Positions 11,951 to 25,410 of a stretch of 64,000 bases of DNA are shown here, piece by piece. The notes beneath the pieces are model-generated. The model ran no database searches and was not told where the DNA came from. It saw nothing but the letters and a program-made list of their open reading frames with translations. The stretch comes from Phoronis australis (taxonomy: Eukaryota; Animalia; Phoronida), in contig NMRA01000065.1 of NCBI GenBank assembly GCA_002633005.1, positions 116,043-180,042 on the forward strand. The letters run 5' to 3'. How positions within the stretch are numbered: the stretch's first letter is position 1; the number at the start of each line of letters is the position of its first letter. A program made the translations under genes and the position numbers.

Positions 11951-13698
11951 TTACCAAGCCTAATAAAGGGACAAGCGGGACCTACGCCTTCAGCGAATAA
12001 CACGACAACTGTGGGAAAAGGCCACCCAACAAGGACCACAAAATTTAATTTGTGAGATAGGGAGCATGAGCTTTTTCTCGATTTCTGCCTCTAACTTGGA
12101 AGATTGATGTCGATGACGCATTACCAGGTGATAGAACGCGGATTGGTTGAACTCGTCGAAATTGGGTTTAGTGTCCTTTTAAAAGAGGGAAGCACTAACG
12201 TACTGTAACTAAAGCGAGGCTAATTTTCCAATGGTTGTTACACAGAATGCGTCGACAGTCGAGTACTTTAACCGAGCACGTAGATTCACTAAGATGTTTG
12301 GCCTTCTTGATGCGTATTGTTTTCGTAAAATCATACAACTCAAGCCGGATCTACGTCACTTGTCTCCCATTTCCTCTGCTGGAGAGAACCGCTGGAGGCG
12401 GTACAGCCGACTCATACGAATTTATGATTTAGCCACATGCTGGGAACTCACAACGCTAAGCGAGGCGGTGTGTGACATACGGTTTCAAGAATAACCGTGG
12501 TCTTGAAACTAAGTAGGGATTTACTGTCAACATTTTGGATAGAATTGGGATCCTGGTATGGCTGGAAAATGTCATTTCCCATGTGTCGGTATGTCGCATT
12601 AGATTGTCTCTACGGTGCTTTGTCGGTTCTCGAATCGAAAGCAGGCGATTGGGAACATTAGCTGAAAGATTGCGAAAAATAAAAACAAATTTCTCAACAG
12701 TTTATGGTGAAGATAGTCGCAAATTTGGCCCTACCTTCAGCCTACACACTAATTTTTGGTCCTATCTTAGACAGATCTCGGTCTTAACTTTAGTCTTAAG
12801 ATTTTTCATAAAACGGTACTAAGACATTTTGGTCATAAATTAGCTCAATATTGGTCTAACTCGATACAAAAATCATGAAATGGTCGATACAGGTTATTCC
12901 ATATTAACAGATGCATGTATCGTGCGTGCCACCACCAACTGTCTCAGATATGGAATCTTAATCGTTCGTGTCCTTGGTAACAGGCCTACCTGGTAGTCTT
13001 TGGTATGCCGGACCTTTAAATACGTATTTTCGTGCTCCTAACTATGCTAATGTATAGCAGGAACTAAGTGACAATACTGTTTTAACATATTGTACACTAA
13101 ACAAAATACAGTTGCATCCAGTGACTACTTGTAAATGTGAAAGCAAAAATTCTGCAGACAAGTGACCTCTACACTAATGACGTACCTCGCGGGCTCAGGT
13201 AGCCTGCATCATATAGGGTTATTCCCCAGCACTACGTCACGATACTTACTGGACACGGTTCAGAGATTTGCGGCGGATCGTTTCCGTCGCAAAATTCGTT
13301 AAAACATTTAGCAATGTTAAACCTAGTTGATACTCACATCGTGGCTATTTTATAATTCTAACTAATTTGGCCAACAATCACAGACTAGATAGCCGGGAAT
13401 TAGCCTGCAAGTTCCAATTTAAGGTATACACACAAGCGTTGAATGTGAACGAAACACTGAAAATATTAGAATTGTGTTCATACAGTTTTGACAACTGTTC
13501 CATTTTGTAGTTAGCTCAATGATGAGGCATACTAAGTTCCGAAGTATCGCTGCAGGCCTAGTAACTTTTGGCGTTGTCGCTATGTCATTTGGAGACCTAT
13601 ATGAATACTACAACTGAAGAGTACACCAATAAATTCGATAACAAGGGCAGGAGTTGCTGCTTTAGCGAACTCCTGCATCACACTCTGTGAACACTCAC

Positions 13699-13824
13699 CT
13701 CTCTTGTCTTCACATCGCCTACCAGCGAAGCCTGGACTGCACTGACAGCGGTAAGCCGTCTGTGACGGTGACGACACGCACTTGCCATTATTGACACAAG
13801 GGTTCGGGAGACACGGTAGCATCC
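13699..13824 (-). CDS. Gene A EGF-like domain exon 2
   Basis: GMLPCLPNPCVNNGKCVSSPSQTAYRCQCSPGFAGRRCEDKR; 6-Cys EGF pattern; tttgcag|...|gtgagt; phase 1-1. Confidence 0.92.
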
Positions 13825-14009
13825 CTGCAAAGTAGGCCATTCGAGTGACAAAACGTTCCCCGTCTATCACGAGAAAGCAGAAGGTACGCCAATTTTTTAC
13901 AGCAGATATTACGCCTATAGTTGTTCATTTCTTGGAACTGAACTCAACGTGTTATCTATTTTGAGGCGCAGCAGAGTTTGACATGATTGAATATAAAGTA
14001 GAACGCTAC

Positions 14010-14132
14010 CATTGACTTCACAGTGCTGTCCAGAAAAGCCTCGTTTGCACATGCACATGTACAAAGAATGGTCTCTATTGTGGACGCACACGCCGTTGTT
14101 CATGCACACCGAACGCTTACACCTGTCAAGGT
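14010..14132 (-). CDS. Gene A EGF-like domain exon 1 (alternative in-frame acceptor would extend it to 14189)
   Basis: DLDRCKRSVCMNNGVCVHNRDHSLYMCMCKRGFSGQHCEVN; ctctacag|...|gtagcg; phase 1-1. Confidence 0.88.
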
Positions 14133-15089
14133 CTGTAGAGAACGACTCTGGCTCGGAGCCAGTGTCTGCCCGTGCCACGTTCCAATTACCTGCAATTTCC
14201 AGAGGGCAAGTTTTAATTCCATTTCATACGCATTCTATAGAACTTTAGATTAACTAATCTGAAACAGTTAAAGCTGCATTTCTCCCCAGATGGCTAAAAA
14301 AGAAAAATAGAACTGGGGCTTTAACTATCATAAAAAGTTGTCTCAATTTTCCTTGAGAGATGATCAGGGTCGCGTTGGAACATTGTCGATTATACAGGGG
14401 CTGGCCAACCCAGGAATTCGAAGATGTCGTGCAGGGAATTTAGGTCACTTGACGCGACAAATCAATGACCTTTGCGTGACTACATACGTACAGATAAGAT
14501 TTATTACCCCAATTTACTATACCCAGTCAGTGTGTCGTGGCGTTTGGTTGATGTGAAAAGATGATGTGTCTTTTCGAAAGACGGCGCGTAATTGACTGGC
14601 GGAAGAACGCTTCAGATTACCTTCAGCAGTAATAAAACTTTACTTCCGGCTACTCCGGCACCATTTCAGGAATGCTTAGACATCATAATAGCTAGGACCA
14701 ACTAAATTACTACCTGGGTTTTTAAGCCCTTCAAGTGGAACTTGCTCGCCGATTCCTTATCGCTGCAAGTGCTTGGTCAAATTAGTTAGAAACGCAACAT
14801 ATAGCGACGGTGTGAATATGACGTACGTTGAAAATTGCCAGATGTTTTTAAGAACGAGTCTTGTGTCGAAAATGAACGCCGTAAATCACTCAATCCTGTC
14901 CCGGACAGTAAATAGGCCATCGTGACGTGGTGTTGCGATAGAACACTGCGTGATGCGGGCTATGTGAGCCCCAAGATACGTCATTAGTGCAAAGGTCAGC
15001 TATATGCAGAATTTTTTGTTTTCACATTTACATGTACAAATTGAATACAAATGGACTTTAATTAGCCCCTAGATGATGTTCAAACAGCA

Positions 15090-15262
15090 CTGTCAGTCAG
15101 TCCCTGCTATACATTAGCATAGTTAGGAGCATGCAAAGTAACATTGTCGTTCAGTTCCTGCGATATATTAGCGTACATGTAGTTAGGAGCATGCGAACAC
15201 GTCTTTAATGTAACATTGTCGTTCAGTTCCGGCTGTGCATTTGCATAGCTAGGAGCATGCAA
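15090..15262. repeat. Three imperfect ~55-70 bp tandem repeats
   Basis: Repeated ...tagttaggagcatgc...taacattgtcgttcagttcc... units. Confidence 0.65.
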
Positions 15263-15389
15263 ATACATCATGAACTAGAACTATAAAGTTTGAGGAGTGC
15301 AGACAAGCAGGGCGAAATGCAGCTGTTCTGTGTGACTCTGAGCCTCTCACAGAATTGCGGCAAACATAACATGATTAAGCCAGCCTCAC

Positions 15390-15440
15390 CAGGTTTAGAC
15401 GTCGTCATCACCAACGGCTTTGCTGTAACGGTTTGGTTTT
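15390..15440 (-). CDS. Gene A linker exon (ENQTVTAKPLVMTTSKP)
   Basis: cgtttcag|...|gtgagg; 51 nt, phase 1-1. Confidence 0.65.
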
Positions 15441-15640
15441 CTGAAACGGATTTAATTGATACTCACCACTCATTAGGATAGCAAAGCGGAAATGAAACAG
15501 CTTTTGATTAACTCAAACTGATGTGTATGAACTGTACAGTCTACAGTAGCGCACAAAGTAGGGCATAACGCAATGTCTGTACCACGAAACTGTGTGAAAT
15601 TACGCGTGAAAACAAAAGGACGATCGAGAAGTGGACCTAC

Positions 15641-16003
15641 CTAGAACAATGACGTGAACGAAACATTTCTCCGCTTGACCCCAGGTGGTGTGAACGAAGC
15701 ACTTGACGTCACTTCCGTTTTCGTTCTTGCTTAAGTTGAGCAAGGTCAGTTGGGTCAAGTTCCCCGTACCAGGTTTGTAAATCACTCGACCGTCTAGACC
15801 GGAATGGAATTGCACCTTGTTTTTGCCAGCTTCGTGTTTGATCAGCGGATCACCGTCGAATTCCCAAATTACTTCCTTCGTGTCCTCTCCCACCATGAGG
15901 TCATAATGACAGGTGATAGTGACGTTAGCACCTTCCCTGACAACCTTCAAGATCTCTTCTTCCTCTTCGTCATCATCATCGTCATCGCCGTACCAGTAGT
16001 CTT
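15641..16003 (-). CDS. Gene A Ig domain 3 (V-type-like) preceded by an acidic stretch
   Basis: EDYWYGDDDDDDEEEEE...EGANVTITCHY...VIWEF...LTLLNL...VKCFV...; gatttag|...|gtaggt; phase 1-1. Confidence 0.9.
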
Positions 16004-16951
16004 CTAAATCGAGAACAGATCCACGTTCGATTAAATGCAAACAATTTTTAGGCGAGCTTCAAATTATTCTTCCACATTTTGACCTCGATTGTGCCATCCA
16101 CAAATTTGCGTAAACGTTGTCAAGGAGTTAAAGCACTAATTGCATGTTTTAAAGAAATTTGCTGTAACACATCTTCTTACAGAGAGTTGTTGCGACCTAA
16201 AGTGAGATAAGATATTGAGAGGCAATCGGCGATACGCCAGCGGCCATTCTTAAATCTTGGACGCATCTGAATTAACACTTCTGCGTTGAAAATAGCTTAG
16301 TTTAGTAAGGGGTACATTGTAAGTAGAAAAAGATGGCGGGGTCTTTCAGAAACTATTGCACAGCCCTTATTCAGACATGTCGCAAGGAGGTTAACTTTCA
16401 CATAGTCGGCAGATTAGCGATTAGTTATTAGGAACACGGTGTTCAATGATATTTTGTAGCTGAACAGTGCTTCTCTACATCAACTGGTAAAATCGGTGTC
16501 GCTGTCCGCCCTTGATATCATAAAAGCTGATACATTGTTAAGTTGTTAACATTAATGTATTCATTCGGCGTGGCGTTTGCGTCATGACATCGGACAAAAG
16601 ACTGAGCCTGGTGATTAGCAACGCGCAAAGATTGTCATCATTTGACTTATGAAAACCGGTATCGTCTGGAATACGGACTAGAAACGAACTAGTTCTAATG
16701 AGAGACGTCTTACGGCGCTTCTGTTGACATGTGATCCCATTGAAGTTTAATAAACCCTTCAAAGATAAAAATGAAAAAATGTCTATGTTTTGCACACATT
16801 TCCACATGTACAAACCCGAAGGAGCCCCCATGCTGATGTTTCTCTGATGACCCCGGTAACTGAAATATCCATCTCTTGTCCTGTAGTATGCCTTTCGGTC
16901 CGAACTGTTTTTCAGAATAATGTGCACAGCTAAAATCCAATATAACTCTAC

Positions 16952-17701
16952 CTTGGTCAGGTTTTGCTGATGGTTTTGTAGATTTGTCAAAATCAACAGA
17001 GCTTGAGACTGTTGCGTTGTGGGAGAGATTCGACAAATAGGGGACGATCCCATCGTCGGAAGGAACACGTGCAAAGGCTTTTCTAAGCAATTGTTTGGCT
17101 TGATTTGTGGTGCGCGTGAGATTTCTGAAGTGAGTGGTTGTCATTGGCTTACTTGTTGTAGTGGAAATAGTGGAGGTGCCTCTCTGTGTCACCGACACGT
17201 CTTTGTCAGTCTGGCTCGTGTGTGTGTCGCTGCCTCCACTTTTCAATGTTGCTTCTCCATCTTTGAGCTTTGTCGCCTTTGTTGTTGTTGCTTTCGTGGC
17301 GTCTGACTTTAAAACAGAAATAGGTGTCGTTGAAACGACAGTCTGCGTGGAGCTTGTTGGCTGTTTTCCAACGGTGAGCTTTGACGAAAACAACGATGAT
17401 CTTGTAGAGGTGATGCTGTGAGAAGACTTCCACAATGCCTTGGTCGTATGACCCACTTGCTGTAGGCGCAAAGCTCTACCAGTAAACGTTTCCTCAGTCG
17501 TAGCACGAACATTCACGGGATGCCGTGTTGGACTGCTCAAATGTTTAACCAACAACGAGTCTCTAGACACTGTGGTAGCCAATTTGGCTGCTGATTTGGT
17601 TTCAGGATTAACTCTGGTACCAGTTAGCCTGGCGCTAGTGGAGGTGGTGGTGGTGGTGGTGGAGGTGGTGGTGGTGGAGGTGGTGATGGTTGTGGTTATG
17701 T
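16952..17701 (-). CDS. Gene A Thr/Ser-rich mucin-like exon (250 codons)
   Basis: cccttccag|ACATAACC...; (ACC)n poly-Thr at 17637-17697; phase-1 donor CAAG|gtagag at 16950-16951; 750 nt. Confidence 0.8.
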
Positions 17702-18363
17702 CTGGAAGGGACAGGAAAATTATAATTTCGAGTCATGTTTTGAATTATGCGCTTAGCTTTCAAGGGGTTAACAGTTGTTTTCATGTTCACACTAATGTGC
17801 AAATCACTTGGTATCCACTGAAGATTCGTCTTACAGCGTTAAAAGCAGCTCCTTCGTCGTGTATTTAACATTTAAGAAAAATGAGCGCGAAGTAAATGAC
17901 CGAACAAAAGACCTGCATCTTGGGTCTGCATTCGCTTACATCGAGCAAACACAAAGGGTCGGCTCAGATTGTGTTCAACGGGCCCTTGGACATTATACAC
18001 GTATTTGTTCAGTGAAAAACTCCAGAACCAAGATGAAGTCATTTGCAGGGCCGTTTAGGTCACCTTTTACTCTTGAATTGTCACCATATAAGGGGCCAAC
18101 GAAACAGCAACTAAAGCAGAAATATGCCCCGCCAAGGTAACCAAGGCACTGCAGCTTTAGTCAAGGCAACGGTTGCTTCCCCCTTTATGGTGTCAATGTC
18201 GATAATTATATTAAACGTCATCTTGCTAATGGGATTTTGTAACCGAATACACTGGAGTTCTCAAGGTACTTTTCACTGAGAGCAGAAGTAGCTGTGTACG
18301 CATTTGACACATCATTCAAGTTCTCTTTTCATTGGGCAACATTTTTTGTAACTGCAAACTTAC

Positions 18364-18717
18364 TTTTGATCACGTTAAGATATATCATTGCCTGTTTCGT
18401 GTAACCATTGGTTCCTAAGACTGAGCAGTAGTAATTTCCCCTGTGCAACATTTCCACATCTGTTATCACCATGGAAACATCATTGTCGCCTTGTGTCTGG
18501 AGAGCTGAGGCTTTCTTATAGAGGTTTTCGCTTTGTTGAAACAGATAATCCCACGTCTTATTGCACATTTTCTGAGCAAACACACCATTTGTCTGATTGT
18601 GGGACCAAGTGACCTTCCGCACGCGCCCGCCTGGTTGAAGTGTGTACTTGCATGACAAGTTGACAGAAGAGCCTTCATAAGCAGTGATATTGTGCGGCGC
18701 TATCACTTCATCAACAC
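18364..18717 (-). CDS. Gene A Ig domain 2 (V-set-like)
   Basis: EGSSVNLSCKY...VTWSH...SMVITDV...GNYYCSV...LNVI; tatgcag|...|gtaagt; phase 1-1. Confidence 0.92.
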
Positions 18718-19257
18718 CTGCATAATAAAGAGCATGAAGAGGCGACTTCTAAAACCATCTGCAATACTAAAAAAACCTGTTTCACGATGCTTTTATGACA
18801 AGAAATAAGAAGACTAAAAACTTCTCCTGTGACTTTGGTTCAAACTCATCTTGAACACCCAGTTCTTTGACGAAGCTGGACCACCTGTTAGCCCTATCGG
18901 GTTTTGGATGTACGTGACTAAGAAACCTACAGATTGAGCGAATGCAACGACAGCCAGTGTTCGAGCTTCAACAAACAAATGTGATTGCCCCGGCGGGTCA
19001 TTTACTTGAATATGAGACCCCATCCACATGGGCTTGTACGTGAAAGTTTACTAATTCGGCCGCAAATCCACTGGCCCAGGGCCCTTTTTTTGAACACTGA
19101 CGACAGTCATTTTCGTCGATTCGTGTCAGCAGGCATTTGCACTAAGTTTCTGCACAGTTTAAATATTCTCATCACGACGAGCGTATACTGGAAGTGGAGT
19201 GTAAGCGTAATATGGAGCCATGTAAGTTTTATAATCGACCGCATGCACGTACGTTAC

Positions 19258-19428
19258 CTGGGCATCTGGCGGTGTTGCAAGATTTCACTTGGCTTGATTT
19301 ACCGCGGCAATCCTTTCCGCCAAATTGAACGACTGGATTGTCACATGACCGTGCTCTGGAACGAGTTCCACCACCGCATGTGACGTCACACCACGTCCAT
19401 GCCGTCCACCGACTCCATCCGCCGTCAA
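19258..19428 (-). CDS. Gene A thrombospondin type-1 repeat exon 2
   Basis: VDGGWSRWTAWTWCDVTCGGGTRSRARSCDNPVVQFGGKDCRGKSSQVKSCNTARCP; canonical 171-nt phase 1-1 TSP1 exon. Confidence 0.95.
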
Positions 19429-19482
19429 CTGCGTAAATGAAGTGTTGAAAACAGAGCCGTTTTGGGTAACAATGATCCGGAC

Positions 19483-19876
19483 CTGGAATCTAATCTTTGT
19501 ACTCGAAATGAATTCGACATTATTTTTGGCACTTTCTCTGCTACTGTTGTGCGACCTTAAGATAAGTGATGATTAGACTGTACTCGATTACATTATAGTT
19601 TAAGCATCTGGGTTTTTAGTCCAAGTTTGCTCTTGATGACCCTTATATTCGCGCTACAAACTCGAGTAAAAACTCGAAATTTCGAATTCAAACTCGAACT
19701 TTTAGCCTTAATGTTGGGTTTAACAACTGCAAATTAGGACTAAAAATTATTCACGTAAGTCATTGTGTACTCGAGCATAGAATCATAGACACTTATCCTG
19801 ATTTTTCACAAAAGTAGAGTAAAAAATATCAGACCTAATTTCGAGTTCCATTTCGAGTAAAAAGATTAGACCCCGG
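19483..19876. mobile_element. Palindromic MITE
   Basis: Long imperfect TIRs: tctaatctttgtactcgaaatg versus the reverse complement of catttcgagtaaaaagattaga. Confidence 0.6.
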
Positions 19877-20080
19877 ACAGCATCAGAATCAAGAGGATTC
19901 GTTTTATGGACAAAATTTTGAAACGCCGTGAACTGGTGGTGACATGTTTGCAAAGCTGTTTAATGAAGAGCAAGGATGCACGAATCGATGGACTCGACGC
20001 GTCGATCAGCAATCGTCACTTAAGTTAGAAAAAGTGTGTTTGGAATATTTATGACTGGCACGGAGGAAGCGATGAGGTAC

Positions 20081-20254
20081 CTGGTGAACAATTGTATTTG
20101 AAGCAATTTCCGGCTTCTTCGCTGACTCCGTGACACGGTGCACCGCCGGAGGATGGTACTGGGTTGTTGCACGTTCTTCTTCTTATGTGTTCACCCTCTC
20201 CGCAGGTGACGCTACACAGACTCCATGGTGACCACTGCCCCCAATTGCCGTTTA
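20081..20254 (-). CDS. Gene A thrombospondin type-1 repeat exon 1
   Basis: VNGNWGQWSPWSLCSVTCGEGEHIRRRTCNNPVPSSGGAPCHGVSEEAGNCFKYNCSP; cacttag|...|gtacct; phase 1-1. Confidence 0.93.
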
Positions 20255-21260
20255 CTAAGTGCGAGGCAAGAATTGGAGGACAATAACTTCATTAACAAAA
20301 TACTTCCACATACCTTGACTTATTTTCATGCATTGACCTCTTTACGTTTAGCTCAACGTATACGATAAGGTTCAGTCAATCCCATGTAAAAGTCTCAAAG
20401 GAGAACATCAGTTTCGTGAATTGGTATTGGCGGGCCTGCAGTTGAAAGAGGCAAGGAACGCAACAGCTCGTCACAAATATTTTTTAAACAATTCCTGAGA
20501 AAAGTACCATCTCGCAATGTCTAATATGCATAATTCATATTCCCCTGTGAGGAAATTTCCTGAAAAAATTTTAAGCGACACGCAAGAAGGAAAAACACTT
20601 CAGCCTCGTCCTCAGCCTCAAGGCGGCGCTGATCGCTTTAGCCACTTGAGGCTTTGTTATGGAAATTACTTCCTGCGCAATGAGGGGCTGCTGCCTTGAC
20701 GTCATTAAAACAAAGGCAGAAGGCATTGTCTTGGTTATTGTTTGAACTGAATAATGGTTGTTGGCGTACTTATTTTAAATTCCTTACCATTAATAGTATC
20801 AGTGAAATTAATATGTTTCCAATCAAAGCACATATTTTTGGCAATAAGCTGAACCTAAATTTCTGCAATATGCCGTTATTCTACATTTTTATATTATACT
20901 GCAGAAAATTTCAAAGTTGATGTAACTTTATGTTATCCGTGATATTCCGGCGATTTCCGTAAAAATGTATCAGAATTCTGACACATTTTATTTCCCATAA
21001 CCAAGCCTCAAGAGGCTGAACTCGCTGGTTCCCCACGCAGGTAGTCGCACGCGCTTTATCATTGGTTGATGAAACATGGGCAGTCATTGACTAGTTTTTC
21101 AACAAAGTGAGAAAATTGCGGACTATGAACAATTTCTAGCCTTGTCATACAAGTGGCGAAGCAGCAACTATTTCGTCTCTGCAGCAGGGACTCATCTAAG
21201 ATTTGAAATTTGAGGNNNNNNNNNNNNNNNNNNNNNNNNNNNNNNNNNNNNNNNNNNNNN

Positions 21261-22498
21261 TGCACGAATCGATGGACTCGACGCGTCGATCAGCAATCGT
21301 CACTTAAGTTAGAAAAAGTGTGTTTGGAATATTTATGACTGGCACGGAGGAAGCGATGAGGTACCTGGTGAACAATTGTATTTGAAGCAATTTCCGGCTT
21401 CTTCGCTGACTCCGTGACACGGTGCACCGCCGGAGGATGGTACTGGGTTGTTGCACGTTCTTCTTCTTATGTGTTCACCCTCTCCGCAGGTGACGCTACA
21501 CAGACTCCATGGTGACCACTGCCCCCAATTGCCGTTTACTAAGTGCGAGGCAAGAATTGGAGGACAATAACTTCATTAACAAAATACTTCCACATACCTT
21601 GACTTATTTTCATGCATTGACCTCTTTACGTTTAGCTCAACGTATACGATAAGGTTCAGTCAATCCCATGTAAAAGTCTCAAAGGAGAACATCAGTTTCG
21701 TGAATTGGTATTGGCGGGCCTGCAGTTGAAAGAGGCAAGGAACGCAACAGCTCGTCACAAATATTTTTTAAACAATTCCTGAGAAAAGTACCATCTCGCA
21801 ATGTCTAATATGCATAATTCATATTCCCCTGTGAGGAAATTTCCTGAAAAAATTTTAAGCGACACGCAAGAAGGAAAAACACTTCAGCCTCGTCCTCAGC
21901 CTCAAGGCGGCGCTGATCGCTTTAGCCACTTGAGGCTTAGTTACGGAAATTACTTCCTGCGCAATGAGGGGCTGCTGCCTTGACGTCATTAAAACAAAGG
22001 CAGAAGGCATTGTCTTGGTTATTGTTTGAACTGAATAATGGTTGTTGGCGTACTTATTTTAAATTCCTTATCATTAATAGTATCAGTGAAATTAATATGT
22101 TTCCAATCAAAGCACATATTTTTGGCAATAAGCTGAACCTAAATTGCTGCAATATGCCGTTATTCTACATTTTTATATTATACTGCAGAAAATTTCAAAG
22201 TTGGTGTAATTTTATGTTATCCGTGATATTCCGGCGATTTCCGTAAAAATGTATCAGAATTCTGACACATTTCATTTCCCATAGCCAAGCCTCAAGAGGG
22301 TGAACTCGCTGGTTCCCCACGCAGGTAGTCGCACGCGCTTTACCATTGGTTGATGAAACATGGGCAGTCATTGACTAGTTTTTCAACAAAGTGAAAAAAT
22401 TGCGGACTATGAACAATTTCTAGCCTTGTCATACAAGTGGCGAAGCAGCAACTATTTCGTCTCTGCAGCAGTGACTCATCTAAGATTTGAAATTTGAG
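21261..22498. repeat. Near-identical copy of 19978-21215 (includes a second TSP1 exon copy at 21365-21538); probable haplotype/assembly duplication across the N gap 21216-21260
   Basis: Offset 1284 nt, only scattered SNPs, and the duplication abuts the gap on both sides. Confidence 0.75.
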
Positions 22499-23959
22499 GG
22501 TCCAAATTCGTGCAAAGCGCGAATCTGAGGAGCGCAGCGGTGATGGGGTGGGGTGGGGAGGAGGGGGCGAACTCCCCCCATCCGCTGAGGAAAGAATTGT
22601 AATGTACATAAAAAAGGTCAGCACAGAGGGAAACTAAACAAAAATTAGAAGGTTTATTCCATTCGAGGGTGTGCATTGTCACTAGACTGTAAAAATCAAG
22701 ATCTGTAAATCTTTTTAGTAAGATAATCTGTGTAGAGTTGCATGATAGACAGATAATCCGCATCATGAGTACAGGACTCGATGTATGTTGAAGCTCTCAA
22801 AAGAGAAGGTACTACTTTAATGCAGTTGAGAAACCATTTAAAATTATGAGAAGACAATGAAGTTGCATTTGAAAGGACACGAAGAAATATGTCCTAGAGT
22901 ACATTCTACGTTTCATTACATCGCACAGTACTGCAATTCACGAGTCAATACTGAACAAAACCATATCCTCAACGAATTCGCAACTCATGCCCACCAGCGC
23001 TCAACACGGGCGAAAACCTCCGCTTGAAAATAGGAGTGACAGCATATGTGCACTCGCGCTTGTATAGCAGGACTTGGCTTCGTAAAAGATCGTGACCAAA
23101 AAGAAAAAAACGTCGAAACTCCGTGTTTGAATTTGCCATTCGTATTTTTACGTTTCTAAACGTTTTTACGAGCGCTTTACTCGTAAATTTCAAGTTGTTT
23201 GGCTACGAGCGTCGCCAGTGGACGCCGGGGACATCGTAATTGTTAACGTCTTCTGCAGTGCATTATAAGTGGACGCTTTGTTGAATTGAAGCTTACCAGG
23301 TCGAAAGTCAATCACAGTCTTTCATAGTACGCAACAAGAAATTTATTCTTAAAAAGAACCATTCCTTTCTCGCAGTTTAAGAGTCAAATCCCCCGGCCTG
23401 GTTCACGGCCGAAGTAACAGGTGCTGTGCACGTGACTGGCTGACCTACTTTTTCCATATACTGCGCGCACAGAGGATAAACTCGAATCGCCCAACAATCA
23501 CGGAATTCCACAAAAAGTTGAAGTATTTCGAGGCATTTACTTTCATGCTAAGTTAGTCATTGAAAACGTAACCAACATTACACACCACATTTTTTCTCGT
23601 GAAGTTTGCACTGCATTCCGGCGCATCATTATACGTCGTTCGGATTCTTTGATATTTTTTCATTCATTCGTTCGAGTTGCAACGGAACTATGCGAACAAA
23701 TTAAGGAAGTTTGCGGGAAGGTTTATCTGGTTTGCATGTTCAACGACATTGATGGCATTCGTACGGCAGGTCAGTGGTAGAATTTTGGCGGGTATCATTT
23801 TTTTCGAAGTGTATCATGTTATCAACTATTTCAAATTGGCTGCTCCGTGGAATACATCGAGTGCCTCGTCAACTTCCGCGTCGCCGGGTCGGCAACTAGC
23901 ATTAGGGGTACGGCAAATCGTTTGAACTTCGAGTGTGGGTTCTTCAATTTCAAAGAGTC

Positions 23960-25410
23960 GGCAGTACAATAATGTTTAATAGCCGCATGCTTGAAGCACT
24001 TACATGTAGCCGCTACAACAAACACGCCGTCATCTGGCCGATTTAACTAGTATGTTATTCACAATGTATGAATACAAGATAGCAATGTAAACAAAAGTCA
24101 GCGACAGTAAAAAGATGCACTCCGAAAAGTAGCAACCACAATTTTCTGGGATTCACGTTTCTTGAATATGAATTTATAGCACCAACAGACCACATTACAC
24201 TTCTTCCATCAGTCATACCACTTTGTTTGCGTAAAGCGCTGCCTCTTGAGAATTGGGCCAGCCCATCAGAAACGTCGGCGTAAAAACTTTCCCGAGGAAA
24301 ATTACCTGCGTGCTGGCTACCATGCACCTAGCGGCAAGCAGGGAACCAGCGAGGTGGCTAAACCGATCAGCGCCATCTTTTCGCTGGTCCTCTAAGTGCC
24401 TAGCCAGCACGTAGGTATCACGCAGCAGCACGCGCTTNCTGCAGTACAATAATGTTTAATAGCCGCGTGCTTGAAGCACTTACATGTAGCCGCTACAACA
24501 AACACGCCGTCATCTGGCCGATTTAACTAGTATGTTATTCACAATGTATGAATACAAGATAGCAACGTAAACAAAAGTCAGCGACAGTAAAAAGATGCAC
24601 TCCGAAAAGTAGCAACCACAATTTTCTGGGATTCACATTTCTTGAATATGAATTTATAGCACCAACAGACCACATTACACTTCTTCCATCAATCATACCA
24701 CTTTGTTTGCGTAAAGCGCTGCCTCTTGAGAATTGGGCCAGCCCATCAGAAACGTCGGCGTAAAAACTTTCCCGAGGAAAATTACCTGCGTGCTGGCTAC
24801 CATGCACCTAGCGGCAAGCAGGGAACCAGCGAGGTGGCTAAACCGATCAGCGCCATCTTTTCGCTGGTCCCCTAAGTGCCTAGCCAGCACGTAGGTATCA
24901 CGCAGCAGCACGCGCTTTAGCATTGGTTGATGTAACCTCAGCAGTCATTGGTTAGCTTTACAGCACCGTGAAAAAATGACGGACTGTGAACTATCTTTAG
25001 CCTTGTCAAGCAAGTGGCGTCGCAGCTACTATTTCGTTTCTACAGTGATAGCCGCGTGCTTGAAGCACATACATGTACAATAAACACATATCTGGCCGAT
25101 TTAACCGCTGTGTTATTCATACTGTGTGAATACAGGCCAGCGTCGTAAACAAAAGTCATCGACAGTAGCAAGATGCATTACGAAAATGGGCAACCACAAT
25201 TTCTAGGATTCACAATTCCTGAACATAAATTTTAAGCACCGATTTGTCTGTACAACAGACCACATTTACACTTCAGTTCATCAATCATGCCAGCATAGAC
25301 TATAGAGTATCTATGATGCCAGTTTCTTTGCGTAAAGCGCTGCCTGTTGAGAATTCGACTAGCCAATAGAGACGCCGGTGTAAAAAAATTCCGAGTCTGC
25401 GTGCTGGCTC
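23960..25410. repeat. Dispersed repeat family: gap-associated duplicate (23960-24437 / 24439-24917) plus an older diverged copy (25048-25410)
   Basis: Near-identical 480-bp pair around the single N at 24438; 24890-25040 resembles 21035-21180; gaggtggctaaaccgatcagcgcc is inverted relative to 20626-20650. Confidence 0.65.

Noticed and set aside
16710-16951. C-terminal part of the 290-aa ORF
   Set aside because: The composition changes after a phase-1 donor at 16951, and the later donor at 16713 is phase 2, so this is read as intron.
19978-22498. Apparent tandem duplication giving gene A a third TSP1 exon
   Set aside because: The copies are near-identical and flank an N gap exactly, which is typical of unmerged haplotype overlap in scaffolding.
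23960-24917. 480-bp direct repeat with duplicated 90-aa ORFs
   Set aside because: Centred on a single N at 24438; the ORFs lie in a dispersed repeat and show no domain signal.
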